Shown here piece after piece: positions 40,960 through 54,026 of a stretch of DNA of 64,000 nt (position 1 is the first letter of the stretch; each line of letters opens with the position of its first letter). Under the pieces are notes generated by a model. It saw only the letters and a list, made by a program, of their open reading frames with translations. It was not told the origin of the DNA and did no database searches. The translations under genes and the position numbers were made by a program. The DNA is from Octopus vulgaris (Eukaryota): NCBI GenBank assembly GCA_951406725.2, contig OX597830.1, positions 56,606,001 to 56,670,000 of the forward strand, written 5' to 3'.

Positions 40960-41263
40960 TTCTAAACAATTGCAGCAACAGCTTGTTTCTGGTGTTGGAG
41001 TACTTATTTACAGCTAAGTGGACTGAGCTGCTTGGGAATAACACATCATGGTCACTGGCATTACAGTACAGGTGATAAAAGCGATAGAGTACCTGATAAG
41101 TCAGCTGGTTGTCTATCACCACAATGACTCAACATTCTCTCTCCAAATATCCTACCTGTCTTTTTATATAGGGAGAGTTTATGAAAAAAAACCCAAAAGA
41201 CGAAGACAGGTGGTGTACAAAACAAACAGATGTATTAGTACAACGCTCAGGAATAGAAAAAGT

Positions 41264-41299
41264 CTTTTACGTTTCGAGCCTACGCTCTTCTACAGAAAG
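41264..41299 (-). ncRNA. Minimal hammerhead-like motif with variant core CUGUAGA
   Basis: CUUU-CUGUAGA-A-GAGC(GUAG)GCUC-GAAA-CG-UA-AAAG. Confidence 0.6.
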
Positions 41300-41832
41300 G
41301 GACTCAGAAAAAAACAAGGAGAGAAAAAATGATACAGACACACATACATGCACATGCACACATACATACAGACATGTAGTCTCACTCTCTCTTTCTTGCT
41401 CTCTCTCTCCATATATATGTATTTAAGAACAGAATGGTTGTAAATGCGTGTGACTATATGTGTCAGGTTGCTCTTATCATTCTTAGTACTGCTGGTGACA
41501 TGTGACCCTGTACGACCTGTCACATGGTCAGGCTATTGGTGACTAAACTAGCAACTCTACCAAGCTTGCTTGGTAACAAGGGTGGTTTACACTGGACACA
41601 TTGCAGGACAAAAAAAAAATGAACCCTGTCAAAGAGTGGCTGAACTCAATAGAGTCAGCTGGGAGTGAGATACTCCTTGTCTTTGTTTAGACATCCCTCT
41701 AGGAAATGGAAACTGTGATGTAACCTCTGCAATTTCATTTGCATTGGATGATGTAGACTTGTTCTTCCTTCTCCAAAAATATATATATTGTTTACAGTGT
41801 GGGATTGGTCCTGTGCAAAGCCTTTCACTGCT

Positions 41833-42060
41833 TTAACCCTTTCAATACCAACCTGGCTGAAACCAGCTCTGGCTCAGAGTACAAATGTCTTGTTTTCATA
41901 AGATTTGAATTAAAATCTTCCACCAAACTTTAGTCACAATTTATGTTCCTAACACTAGCTGAATGATAACTAAGTTATTTTACTAAATTCTTTGTTATAT
42001 TTAAAATAATTGAAAGAAACATAGTGCATCTTAAAATAAATACAATAACAAAAGGGTTAA
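41833..42060. mobile_element. piggyBac-like MITE
   Basis: TTAA-CCCTTT...AAAGGG-TTAA; inverted near-identical copy at 52774-53001. Confidence 0.85.
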
Positions 42061-43111
42061 ATTCCTGAGCATCTAAACTGGCCATTTCTGACCAAAATAT
42101 TCTACCTGTTTTATGTTCAAACTGGTCAGATCTGGTTTCTTGCACCAACCCTACATTGTCATTCTAAAAAAACTAAGTTGTCTCATCAAAATCTCATAGC
42201 TACAAAAAAAAAAAAAAAAAAAAAAAAAAATGCATGATTAATTCAAAACAACGTGACTAAATAAGCATTACACTTGACAGAATAATGTGAAGGCTAAAAG
42301 GTTAAAAAAGCTTTTGGTATCACTTGATTTCTAACATCTCTATTATATGTTGCTTTCTATAGCTAGCTGTAGCTGAAAAAGACAAACCACTCAATAGAAA
42401 ATTATGGTCAGTATGGGTGGTAACTCTCTGAACACCTGCAAGAGGCACCCAACATTGCCACATATACGCAAACAAATAGATCCCAAGCAGGACTGAATAT
42501 TCAATCAAGTGATGATATTATTTGAAATTGAGTTGTAGCCATCATCATGTATATATATTGTATATATCGTCACTGTTTTTAAAAGTCCACTATTTCATGC
42601 TTGCATGGGTTGGAGAGACTTCATTAATACAGATTTTCTATGGCTAGACGCCCTCATAATCGCCAACCCTCACCCGTCTATAAGCAAGGTAATATTTCCC
42701 CATAGGCAGACATATTCTCACTGAATATTGGAAATAAATGACACTACTCGTATGTCAGCGACAATCATTTACCATTATCATCAATGTGAAAAAAAGGTGG
42801 TACCTACTTACAGTCATATATATACACAGGCAAAACTACACATGCACATATGTACATGCAGACATGAGCTTCTTTCAGTTTGCGTCTACCAAAATTTACT
42901 CACTGGCCTTGGGTCTAGCGTGAGTCTGGAGTAGAAGATGCTTCCCAAGGTGCCCAGCAATGAGACTGAACCCAGAACCTTCTGATTGGGAAGCAAACTT
43001 CTTACCCATTCAGCCATGCCTACACATACATACATACATACATACACACATACATACATACATACATACATACATACATACATACATACACACATACATA
43101 CATACATACAT

Positions 43112-43151
<40 letters not shown>

Positions 43152-43849
43152 ACATACATACACACATATACACATACATATATGTATGTATGTACATATA
43201 TTATTCTTGTGGATATGTACTTATAATCTATCTTTATGTCTATACTTATCCCACTCCCTCCATATATGAGTGTATATGTGTGTGTGTGTGTATTGTACAT
43301 ACATATTTATATGTAAACATACAGACACACACACAATATATTTACACATACACCTCTCCATCCCACCATCTTTCTCCCTCTCAAATCTGTGGCCTTGTAC
43401 ATAAATAGGAAGTTATTATATATTCATAAAGTATAATGGCAACAGATGTGAAAGAAAAAAACTAATCTTTTATTTCTGTATCTTATAATTTCTACGAAGT
43501 TTTATTGTTTTAAAGTACTTGAAGAAGGAGTCTCTGTATATATATGCCATTTGTTTGATTCAAGGGAAATGGCATTTAAATTCTTCTGAAATCACACCTC
43601 AGTGTCTTAAAAGTGATGGAAGGAAGCATGGTTAAGAGGTTTGCTTCCCAACCACATTGTTCTAGGTTCAGTCCCACACCATGGTACCTTGGGCAAGTCT
43701 CCTACTGAAGCCCTGGACCAACTAAAGCTTTGGGAGTGTTATTAGTAGACAAACTGAAGAAAAAACTTATGTTATATATATCATCATCGCTCATCATTGG
43801 TGCTTAACGTATATATATGTATATGTATGTATGTGTATGTACGTATATA

Positions 43850-43900
<51 letters not shown>

Positions 43901-44039
43901 GTATGTATATGTGTATGTATCTGTATATATCACGTGATCGACCAGGCTATCAGATGTTGCTACACATTGCTGGTCACAATGCGCTTGGCATTGTTTTAGC
44001 CTTCAAATGACGCCACCCCACTGGCAAAGCAAGCAGGCC

Positions 44040-44089
<50 letters not shown>

Positions 44090-44115
44090 ATATAAATATA
44101 CATATATACATATAC

Positions 44116-44147
<32 letters not shown>

Positions 44148-44155
44148 ATATAAAT

Positions 44156-44199
<44 letters not shown>

Positions 44200-44251
44200 A
44201 TATACATATACATATATATATATATATATATATGTATGTATATATAAACAT

Positions 44252-44318
<67 letters not shown>

Positions 44319-44369
44319 TTATCTTTTCCAGTTTCAGCTCTTGAGCTGTGGCCATGCTGGGGCACCGCC

Positions 44370-44420
<51 letters not shown>

Positions 44421-44715
44421 GTATATATATGTATATATATATGTATGTATATGTATGTATATATATATGTATGTATACACATACATTTACATACATATAT
44501 ATATATATTTACTCTTTTACTTGTTTCAGTCATTTTACTGTGGCCATGCTGGAGCACTGCCTTTAGTCGAGCAAATTGACCCCAGAACTTATTCTTTGTA
44601 AGCCTAGTACTTATTCTATAGGTCACTTTTGCCAAACCGCTAAGTTACAGGGACGTAAACACACCAACATCGGTTGTCAAGCAATGTTGGGGGACAAACA
44701 CACAGACAGACACAC

Positions 44716-44785
<70 letters not shown>

Positions 44786-44933
44786 CGGGCTTCTTTCAGT
44801 TTCCATCTACCAAATCCACTCATAAGGCCCGAGGCTATAGTAGAAGACACATGCTGAAGGTGCCACGCAGTGGGACTGAACCTGGAACCATGTGGCTGGT
44901 AAGCAAGCTACTTACCACACAGCCACTCCTATG

Positions 44934-45022
<89 letters not shown>

Positions 45023-45763
45023 TTATATAATTTTTCAGGCTATCAACTTCACTTCTTGTGTATAGATCTACAATATTTAGAATATATATTTGTAGCCTTT
45101 ATATGTATCCATATTGGATTTTGATCAAATCAATCTCAGATCTCATATTTATATCAATAATTGATTAAATGTTGTAAATGAGTTGTTGTTATAGAGAGTT
45201 TAATTATACAGTTTTAATTAATCTCATCTGTAGAGTATACATTTTATGATACTTAGAGTGTAATTTGCAGTATGTATCTTAAACCACACTTTGATCTGTT
45301 TGATAACTGTTCATCATAAACTGTTGTAGTTCACCATTCGTTAATTAAATATCCAAAATATTAATATTATAATTATCTGGACATATCAACTTTGTCTTCA
45401 GTGTGCATAATCTACAATATTTAAGTAGTGTATTTAAATTATTAATATCATCTCCATTATATTTCTGATGTATTTGATCTGCTGTCATCATCATGTGTCT
45501 TAATTATGTTGCTAGATGATTAGATGGCTGAAATGACTCGTTAATAAGATTATAATTATCCAGACTATTAACCTCATCATTAGAGTGTATATTTATAATA
45601 CTTACAACTGCAGGTGTGGGTGTATTAAAAAGCTTGCTTCCAAACCATTTGTTCAAGGGTTCAGTCCCTCTGCATGGCACCTTGAGCAAGTGTTGTTTCT
45701 TTAACCCTGGGCTAACCAAAGCCTTGTGAGTGGGTTTGGTAGACAAGAACTAAAAGAGGTCTG

Positions 45764-45815
<52 letters not shown>

Positions 45816-46245
45816 CTTTTACTTGTTTCACTCATTAGATGGTGGCAATGCTGGGGCAGCACCTTGGAGAATTTTTAGTCAAATGAATTGATCTCATGCT
45901 TATTTTTCTTTTTTTTAAGCCTGGTACTTATTCTATCAATTTCTTTTGCTGAACCACTAAGTTACAGGGATATAAACACACCAATACCAGTTGTCAAGTG
46001 GTGACTGGGGACAACACACACACACGACATGTATGTGTGTATATATGTGTGTATGTGTATATATGTGTATATATGTGTGTGTATATATGTGTGTGTGTAT
46101 ATATATGTGTGTGTATATGTGTGTGTGTGTGTATGTGTATATATATGAGTGTGTATATTTGTATACGTGTGTGTATATATGTGTGTGTGTGTGTGCATAT
46201 GAATATGTGTATATATATATGTTTCTTTGTATGTGTGTGTATATA

Positions 46246-46276
<31 letters not shown>

Positions 46277-47229
46277 TTGTGTGTGTGTGTATCTTTTATC
46301 CTTTACTTGTTTCTGTCATTAGACTGCAGTCATGCTTGGACACCACCTTGAAGAATTTTTAGTTGAATGACCCCAGCACTTTTTGTTGAAGTCTGTTAAT
46401 TATTCTATTGGTCTCTTTTGTCAAACTGCTAAGTTACTGAGATATAAACACACCAATATTGCTTGTCAAGTGATAATAGAGGACAAACACACACACACAC
46501 ACGCATGCGCGTGTGCACGCGATGGGTTTCTTTCATTTTCTGTCTGCCAAATCCACTCAGAATTATTTAGAAGAACGACTTTTTTTATTATCAAGCAGGA
46601 TTTGAACATTAATTGACATGGAGTTTTGAGGGTAAAATTATTATTTAGATCACTTTAGAATATTAATTTTATATCAAAGCTGGTTTTGAGTAGATTGGTT
46701 TGGAAAGGGTTAAATCTAAACACCTTATACTCAAGGAGCTATTTTGTCTAAAAATGATTCGAAGCAGGTTGGTTATTACTAAGGTTTAATAAATAGTCTG
46801 TGAAGGTGTGTGGCTTAGTGGTTAGGGTATTTAGTTTATGATCCCAAGGTTGTGAATTCAATTCCCAGCAACACATTGTATCCTTGAGCAAGACATTTTA
46901 TTCCACATTGCTCCAGTTCATTTGGCTGGCAAATATAAGTAGTACCTGTATTTCAAAGGGCCAGCCTTTCACGCTCTGTGTCACACTAAATCTCCCTGCG
47001 AACTACGTTAAGGGTACATGTGTCTGTAGAGTGCTCAGCCACATGGTCATTAATTTCACAAGCCTGCTGTTCTGTTGATCAGATCAACATCAACTGGAAC
47101 CCTCATCATCGTAACTGACAAAATGTCAAGAAATAGTCTGAAAATTTTCTAATTCCTGAAAAGATGATTTGTCCAAAAAGTGATTGTTTGAAATTAAAAT
47201 TTATTTCGTTTTATATTTGTTAATTTCAG

Positions 47230-47312
47230 GTAGTATTGAATCTGACCCAAACATCTTTAATGGTGTACTGGTCAACAAAATTATATTGAACAAAAACACA
47301 GATGACCAATTG
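47230..47312 (+). CDS. ATP13A3: P5B-type ATPase exon 2 (SIESDPNIFNGVLVNKIILNKNTDDQL)
   Basis: tttcag| acceptor and |gtaagt donor; LNKNTDDQLEC resembles ATP13A3 INQGQEDEMEI; phase 0 to exon 3. Confidence 0.82.
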
Positions 47313-47614
47313 GTAAGTAACTTTCACTTCTTTCTAATATGCTTTTGTTGTTTAACCCCAGGTCATAACCCTGATGGATCAATCACAGTATATCTGAAGC
47401 AAAAGATCTACATTATTTAATGTGATCTTCTTTGCTGTTGTCGTTTAGTCCCTTGCCAGTCCTGATGGGGTTTAATATGTTTCAGAAGTGTTCCTTTTGC
47501 CTTTAATTACCGTAAATCCTCGAGTATACTCTGCATTTTTTCCCAAAAATTTAAAGGTCAAAATCCCTAGTGCGTACTACTGCTGCAATAAATGTGTGAA
47601 TCTGAGAGGTGAAT

Positions 47615-48069
47615 GTCTTGCAAACAACTTGCACGTGCAAGTGCTACCAGTCAAAAACTCTGCATACCGGAAGCCAGCAAGTGTATGGGGTCATCAGAAG
47701 AGAATGCGCGCCGTTTCGGGGCCTACCTCTCAACGGCATCAATGCGCACTGCTCCCCCCCACTGATATGAGGCCCTGCTTGCTAGATCAACTGGTTATCA
47801 AATAAAGTTCAATATTCTTCTAGCCATCGCTCATCGTCTCTTTTTAACCAAATCCAGTGGCTAGCCTTCCACACTGTAGTTTGGATATCAGTCATGATGG
47901 TATTGACTTTACGATGAGTTAGGCTTAACGATAACAACAGTTGTCTCACACTGTGTCCAAAAAACCCTCTATATCCAACTTTGATTGGAAAATGCTCTGC
48001 TTTCCAGCCTGCATCTTCACATTTCTCGAGGAGGTTTACATAACGGTCAATCTTTCGAGCCCGAGCTCC
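47615..48069 (-). mobile_element. Hero-clade non-LTR retrotransposon 3' end (RLE C-terminus 47809-48069 plus 3' UTR)
   Basis: Minus-strand open frame ARARKIDRYVNLLEKCEDAGWKAEHFPIKVGYRGF...KASHWIWLKRDDERWLEEY*; absent from the ORF track because it has no start codon. Confidence 0.85.
47673..47785 (-). ncRNA. Candidate non-circularly permuted hammerhead ribozyme
   Basis: 5'-UGCGC..GCCG-UU-GAGAGG-UA-GGCCCC-GAAA-CGGC-GCGCA-UUCUCUU-CUGAUGA-CCCC-3'. Confidence 0.62.
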
Positions 48070-48200
48070 TTAGTAAAGCTGAAGGGCTGCTGCAATAAAT
48101 GTGTGAATCTGAGAGGCGAATATTATGAATAAAATCATAATTATCTGATCCTCCTGTATTTTCTTTTACCCAAAGCCAGGAACTTTTCAGCATCCCCTCA
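48070..48200 (+). mobile_element. Mariner 3' end relic
   Basis: LVKLKGCCNKCVNLRGEYYE* then TIR-like GCCAGGAACTTTTCAGCATCCCCTC. Confidence 0.65.
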
Positions 48201-51200
48201 TATGTTCTGAGATCAAATTCTGCCAAGGTTAACTTTGACTTTCATCTTTTCTGAGTTGATAAAAGAAAGCAACAGTTGAACACTAGAGTTGATGTAATCC
48301 ACTAGCCTCCCCCACTCCAGAATTTCTAGCCCTACACCTACAGTAGAAAGAGTTATCATTGTTGTTGTTATTGCTTATTTTGTCATTGTCATTTCACACT
48401 TTTTTTTTTCTTTTATCTTGCTCTATCTCATGCTTCATTTTTCTGTCTTCTGTTCAAGGTGGGGAAAATGCTAAAGGAATTGATAAAAGCTACTACAATT
48501 ACTTGTAGAAAAACAAAACAAACAAACAACACAAAACAAATAAAACACCCTCAGACAAGTAAAAATGAACAATAAACAGCCAAGATATTCACTGTAACTG
48601 CTTTTAAAATCAGGTCAAAATATATTTGTTTAGTTTATCACTACCAATTAACAACGGCCATTTTGTTTCTTTATTCTGTTGTTTCTTATATTATCAAATA
48701 TGGGTTTTTCTGCTTTTTTTTGGTTGGTGTTAAAGAAACTAAGCCTTTTAGAAGAAAATATTCCATTGAAAGTAACGGTAGAAGCTGTGTGGAATAGTTA
48801 CAGTTATTTGGTATATTCATATTGTTCTTTAAATTGAGACTTTTAAGTAAAAACCAGTATTGCTGTACTTAAATTTTTATATTGTGTTGTCTTTATGTAT
48901 CATGAATTATTTTAAAGTGACTGTGCCTTTTATATATTTTTTACATTCTCCTGGAAATAACTATATATATGTGTGTGTAGTTGTAAGCATGGCTGCATGG
49001 TTAAAATGTTGTTTTTGAAACTATTGGTTTTGGGTTCAGTCCCAGTATAGTAGGCCAAACAAAGCATTGTAAGTAAATTTAGTAGACAGTGCATGGAAAC
49101 CCATTGTGTGTGTACGTGTGTTTATGTGTGTATATATATATTTGTAACCATTGAAAACTGTCAATAAAAGACAGTAAAACCTCTTACGAAAAATTTCTTC
49201 ATATCTTCATATTGTCTTTAACTTGGATTTCTGGTTAAAAGGGCAGCTGATTTGGCAGAGTCTTTAGATAGCTTTGTGGTAATCGATGTGGCTCTCTGTA
49301 TTTTGAGTTTAAACCCTACAGAGGTCAACTTCTCCTTTCATCCTTTTGGGAGTTGATAAATAAAGTACTAGTCCTGTACTGCAGTTGGTTCTTCCCTTTT
49401 TCTCATAGTGGAGGTGCATGGCTTAGTGGTTAGGGTGTTGGACTCATGATTGTAATATTGTGGTTTCAATTCTTGGGCTGGGTGATGCACTATGTTCTTG
49501 AGCAAAACACTTCATTTTACGTTGTTCCAGTCAACTCAGCTGGCAAAAATGAATAATCCTGCGATGGACTGGTGTCCTGTCCAGGTGGGGAATTTATACT
49601 CCATGGAAACCGGGACACGGTCCTTATGAGTTGGCATGATTCAAGAAGGACACTTTACCTTTTTCTTCCTCCTTCATGGAATTGTTGATAACTTATCAAC
49701 CCCCATCATTTAAATTTCTAAAAAAAAAAAAATAATGAAAAAGAATAATTAATAAAAAATTTTTGATTTAAAAACAATAATTCTTTCATTCTTTCATGTT
49801 ATTACCACATTTTAATAAGAAATATATTTAAAGAAATTTAATGAAAATTAAAAAAAAAATTCTTAATGAGATTTTTTAAAGAACAACAAAAATTTAGTCA
49901 TATTCTATTGATATAATCAGAATATTTAGTATGAAACATTTTTGTTTGGTGAATACCAGTTGTTGCATCAATATTAACAGGGGAAAAGCATTGAGCTGGC
50001 AGAATCACTAGAGAGCCAGGCAAAATGCTTAACAGCATTTCATCCATTTCTACATTCTAGGTTCAAATTCTGCTGAGGTTGACTTTGCCTTTCATCCTCT
50101 CAGGGTTGATAAAATAAGAACCAGTCAAACATTGGAGTCAATATTACTGACTTACCCCTTCCTCTGAAATTGCTGGTCTTGTACCAAAATTTGGAACCAA
50201 TATTTAGCTGGGAATTAGTGAGTTTTAGCCTTAAATTACCCATAGTCTTCCAGATTTGGTTTCTTTCTCTTTTATCTTTTACTTGTTTCAGTCATTAGAC
50301 TGCAGCCATGCTGGGGCACTGCTTTGAAGAGTTTTTAGCTGGAATCAACCCTAGTACTTATTAATTTTTAAGCCTGGTCCTTATTCTGTTGGTTTCTTTT
50401 GCCGAACTGCTAAGTTATGGGGACATAAATAAACCAACACCAATTGCCAAGTGGTGGTTGGATGCAAACGCTGGCAAAAGGACACACATGCACATAGATA
50501 TATGTAGATATACATACAATGTACTTCTTTCAGTTTCTGTCTACCAAATCCATTCACAAGGCTTTGGTCAGCTTGAGGCTATAGTAGAAGACATCTAAGG
50601 TACAGCACAGTGGGATTGAACCCAGAACCATGTGGTTGGGAAGCCGACTTCAGTTTGCTAATAATGCACACCTTTAAATTTTCAAAATTGTTTCAGGTGT
50701 TTATCGATTCCTTGGATAAGCATGTAATCCCCTAGTGTTCAGTCAGTTTCGGCCACTTTGCTGACCTCTGCTCTAACTCCTTCTTTCTGATTGTCCGTGT
50801 GTCTTTCTCTCCTGGAAGAAATTGATTGTGGTCAGCTCCATCATGTCTAAAATGCCCAAGACATGCAGTATGTCACAATGGTGCTCCTTACAACAACATC
50901 AATGAGTTAAGGGCACCACCACCCTCCTCCAGGCAAGGCATGGCAAAAAATTTTTAAAAGTGGTGAAAATGAACATTACATAGGTGCAGGTGTGACTGTG
51001 TGGTAAGAAGCTTGCTTCCCAATCACATGGTTCCAGGTTCTGTCTCACTGTGTGACACTCTGGACAAGTGTCTTCTTCTATGGCCTTAGGCTGACCAAAG
51101 CCTTGTGAGGGGATTTGGTACACAAAAACTGGAAAAAAAGCCTTGTGTGTGTGTGTGTATGTGTGTGTGTTTGTGTGTGTGCATGTGTATGTCTTGGTGT

Positions 51201-52773
51201 CTGTGTTTGTTCACCACCGATTAACAACTGGCGTTGGTGTGTTTATGTCTTCATAACTTAGAGGTTCAGCAAAAGAGACTGATAGAATAAGTATGAGGCT
51301 TGAACAACCAAAAAAAAAATAATAATAATAAGTACTGGGATCAATTCACCCAACTAAAATTCTTCGAGGTGGTGCCCCAGTATGGCCCGCAGTCTAATCA
51401 CTGAAACAAGTAAAAAAGATTACCCCCCCCCCGTCAAGTTTTTGTTTTTAAAATTTTTTTTGTTTGTGTTGGAGTTGGGTTGTGTCTTCTGAATCATTCG
51501 TTAATTATATAACTAAGTGATGAATGAATAGCCTTGCCATATTTTTGTGGGTTTTATTGTTGTTTTAATACATTTTTCATTTGTGACAGACTCTTCTTAC
51601 TTACACTGCCTTATTATTTCACTTCACTGGGTCACGGATTGGAGGAAGGCTTGTTTTCAATAAACTAGGTCAGAGAAGAGATAACAGCAAACAGAAGATC
51701 CGCTAATTCTTGTCACAGAAGCATCTATGCGTGTTTGTATACTTGTGTGTGTGTCTGTTGGTATTGTGTGCATGCCATGCACACGTGCATGTGTGTATGT
51801 GTGTGTGTGAGTAAATCTATGTGTGCCCTGCATCTGTGTGAAACAGCAAGCAAGCACAATAGATTACAGTTTAAATTTCTTGCGTTATCATCATCGTCAT
51901 CATTGCCTTTAGAAATTGTCATCATAAGTCATCATCGCAGTCATCGTTATCGTTGGTCATCATCATTAAGGGTGTTGGCATCAGTAGTGTCATCGGCACC
52001 ATTGTCCTCCTCCTGCTGCTCCTCCTCCTGTTTCCATGGTCACCATTTGTTTAACACTCACTGCCCTCCACTACCCCCACGTTTGGATGTGAAGGATATA
52101 TTGGTAACACAAAGCAGCACTTCTATATCTTTATTTTCAGTCCTGTCTCACTTTAATTACAAGGTCAGACAGTCCTTGAATGGGGGAAGTGGGGTCCCCA
52201 CCTCTGCCCTCAGTACTACCGTCACCACTTCCTGCCAAGACCTCCATTGGTCTACATCTACTATGATGTACAATTCTCCGCCCCAACCACTAATAGTTCA
52301 ATAGGCCAGTGAGTGAAACTTTATGCTGTCACTTGATCTAGTAAAAAAAAACAAACAAAAAAAACAGTCAAATCTCCCTTGCATCACACTGTATTGTCTT
52401 ACCAAAAGAACACATTGGTTAATGATGCAGTTCTAGATGTACTAAGCTCTCTCACAATTAAATCGAGTTAGCTGTGGTTGGAACAACCAACAATAATGAC
52501 ATGTGTAAAAAGCACTTACGACAGTAGCAGCTTGGACAACCTGTGAAGAAGGACTATATTGTTCAGTATACTAGAAACAACGGCCAAATTTCTCTTAACA
52601 CTCCACTGTATTAAAAGTAGGAGACCACTTTGGATAATATAGTCTTTGGTACAATGTCTAAGTTATAGGTGGGATGGTCATGACTTGGCCTACCAAATAA
52701 AGGCTGATCTACAGTTAAACGGAAACAATCTATGTAACCCTTGTTTTCTTAGCCAACGTCATTACATCTCCAT

Positions 52774-53001
52774 TTAACCCTTTCGTTACTGTATTTATTT
52801 TGAGATGCTCTGTATTTCTTTCAATTACTTTAAATATAACAAAGAATTTAGTAAAATAACTTCGTTATCATTAAGCTAGTGTTAGGAACATAAATTGTGA
52901 CGAAGGTTTGGTGGAAGATTTTAATTCAAAACTTATGAAAACAAGACATTTGTACTCAGAGCCAGAGCCGGTTTCAGCCCGGTTGGTAATGAAAGGGTTA
53001 A
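52774..53001. mobile_element. piggyBac-like MITE, inverted relative to 41833-42060
   Basis: TTAACCCTTTCGTTAC...GTAATGAAAGGGTTAA. Confidence 0.85.
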
Positions 53002-53858
53002 GGCAGTGAGTTGACATTGTCATCAGAGCATTGTGAAAAATATTTTGCAGTATTTGTTGTGGCTTCTCTGTTCTGAGTTCAGATGTTGCTGAGGTTCACT
53101 TTACCTTTCATCTAGTTGGGTTGATAAAATAAAGTATTAGAAAATTGACTAACCCCTTCCCCCATATTTGTGTGTGTGTGTGTGTTCACGCACATGCATT
53201 TATAAATGGATCTGAATAGAACCAATTAATTATGTTATGTATGTTTCCATAGCATAGCTATTTATTTGCTTAGTAATATATTACATTTTTTTTGCTGCTT
53301 ACGTAGATTCCCATTACTCTCTAACGCCATACAATTCCATTATTGTATATTTGAATTCAGAGCTTGAATCATAGTGAATCTTTCATTAGGTGATCACACA
53401 ACCATGGGCATCACCCCTATTGATGCTTGGCAGTTACTCTCCTGGTGATCCTGCTTGTTGATCTTCTAGGATTCCTCTGCTCAGCATCAATATAAGAAGC
53501 ACCGTTGGCTCAGTTAAGCTCTCCCATTACCTTTACGCAATCCACCATACTGCAGTCCCATGACTTTGCTGTATCCCTGATAGGGTGACTGAACGGGTGC
53601 TATATCTTGCCAAAGGACAGCCCATAACTATGCAGGGCATGGTTGTCACTCCACGAGGTATTTCCAAATACCTACATATCCATAATATTACATAATAGAA
53701 CAAAATAACCAGACTATTTCATCAGGCAACACAGTATAATCAGAATACACATTGATCTGTGTGAAAATAAACTCAACATTCCAAGAAAATATGTAGATTG
53801 TATGTATATTATGTATGTATTGTACATATTGTTATTCCAAACCTCTTTGTACTTTCAG

Positions 53859-54026
53859 GAATGCATTGGTTACAAAGACAATACATGTAAGAAGATATTG
53901 TTCTACTTGTTGGTGTTCTTCACACTTGGTTTTATACTGCTGATTTTTTACTGGGAACCAAAATATGAATTACTTCTGAAGAAATCCCAGTGTCCTTTAC
54001 TGGAGGCTGATGCTGTTCTTCTGAAG
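53859..54026 (+). CDS. ATP13A3: P5B-type ATPase exon 3 (N-terminal membrane-associated segment)
   Basis: ECIGYKDNTCKKILFYLLVFFTLGFILLIFYWEPKYELLLKKSQCPLLEADAVLLK fits the P5B N-terminal pattern GY...G...L..YW.P...A..VLL; ag|...|gtaagt, 168 nt. ATP13A2 versus ATP13A3 cannot be resolved here. Confidence 0.93.
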
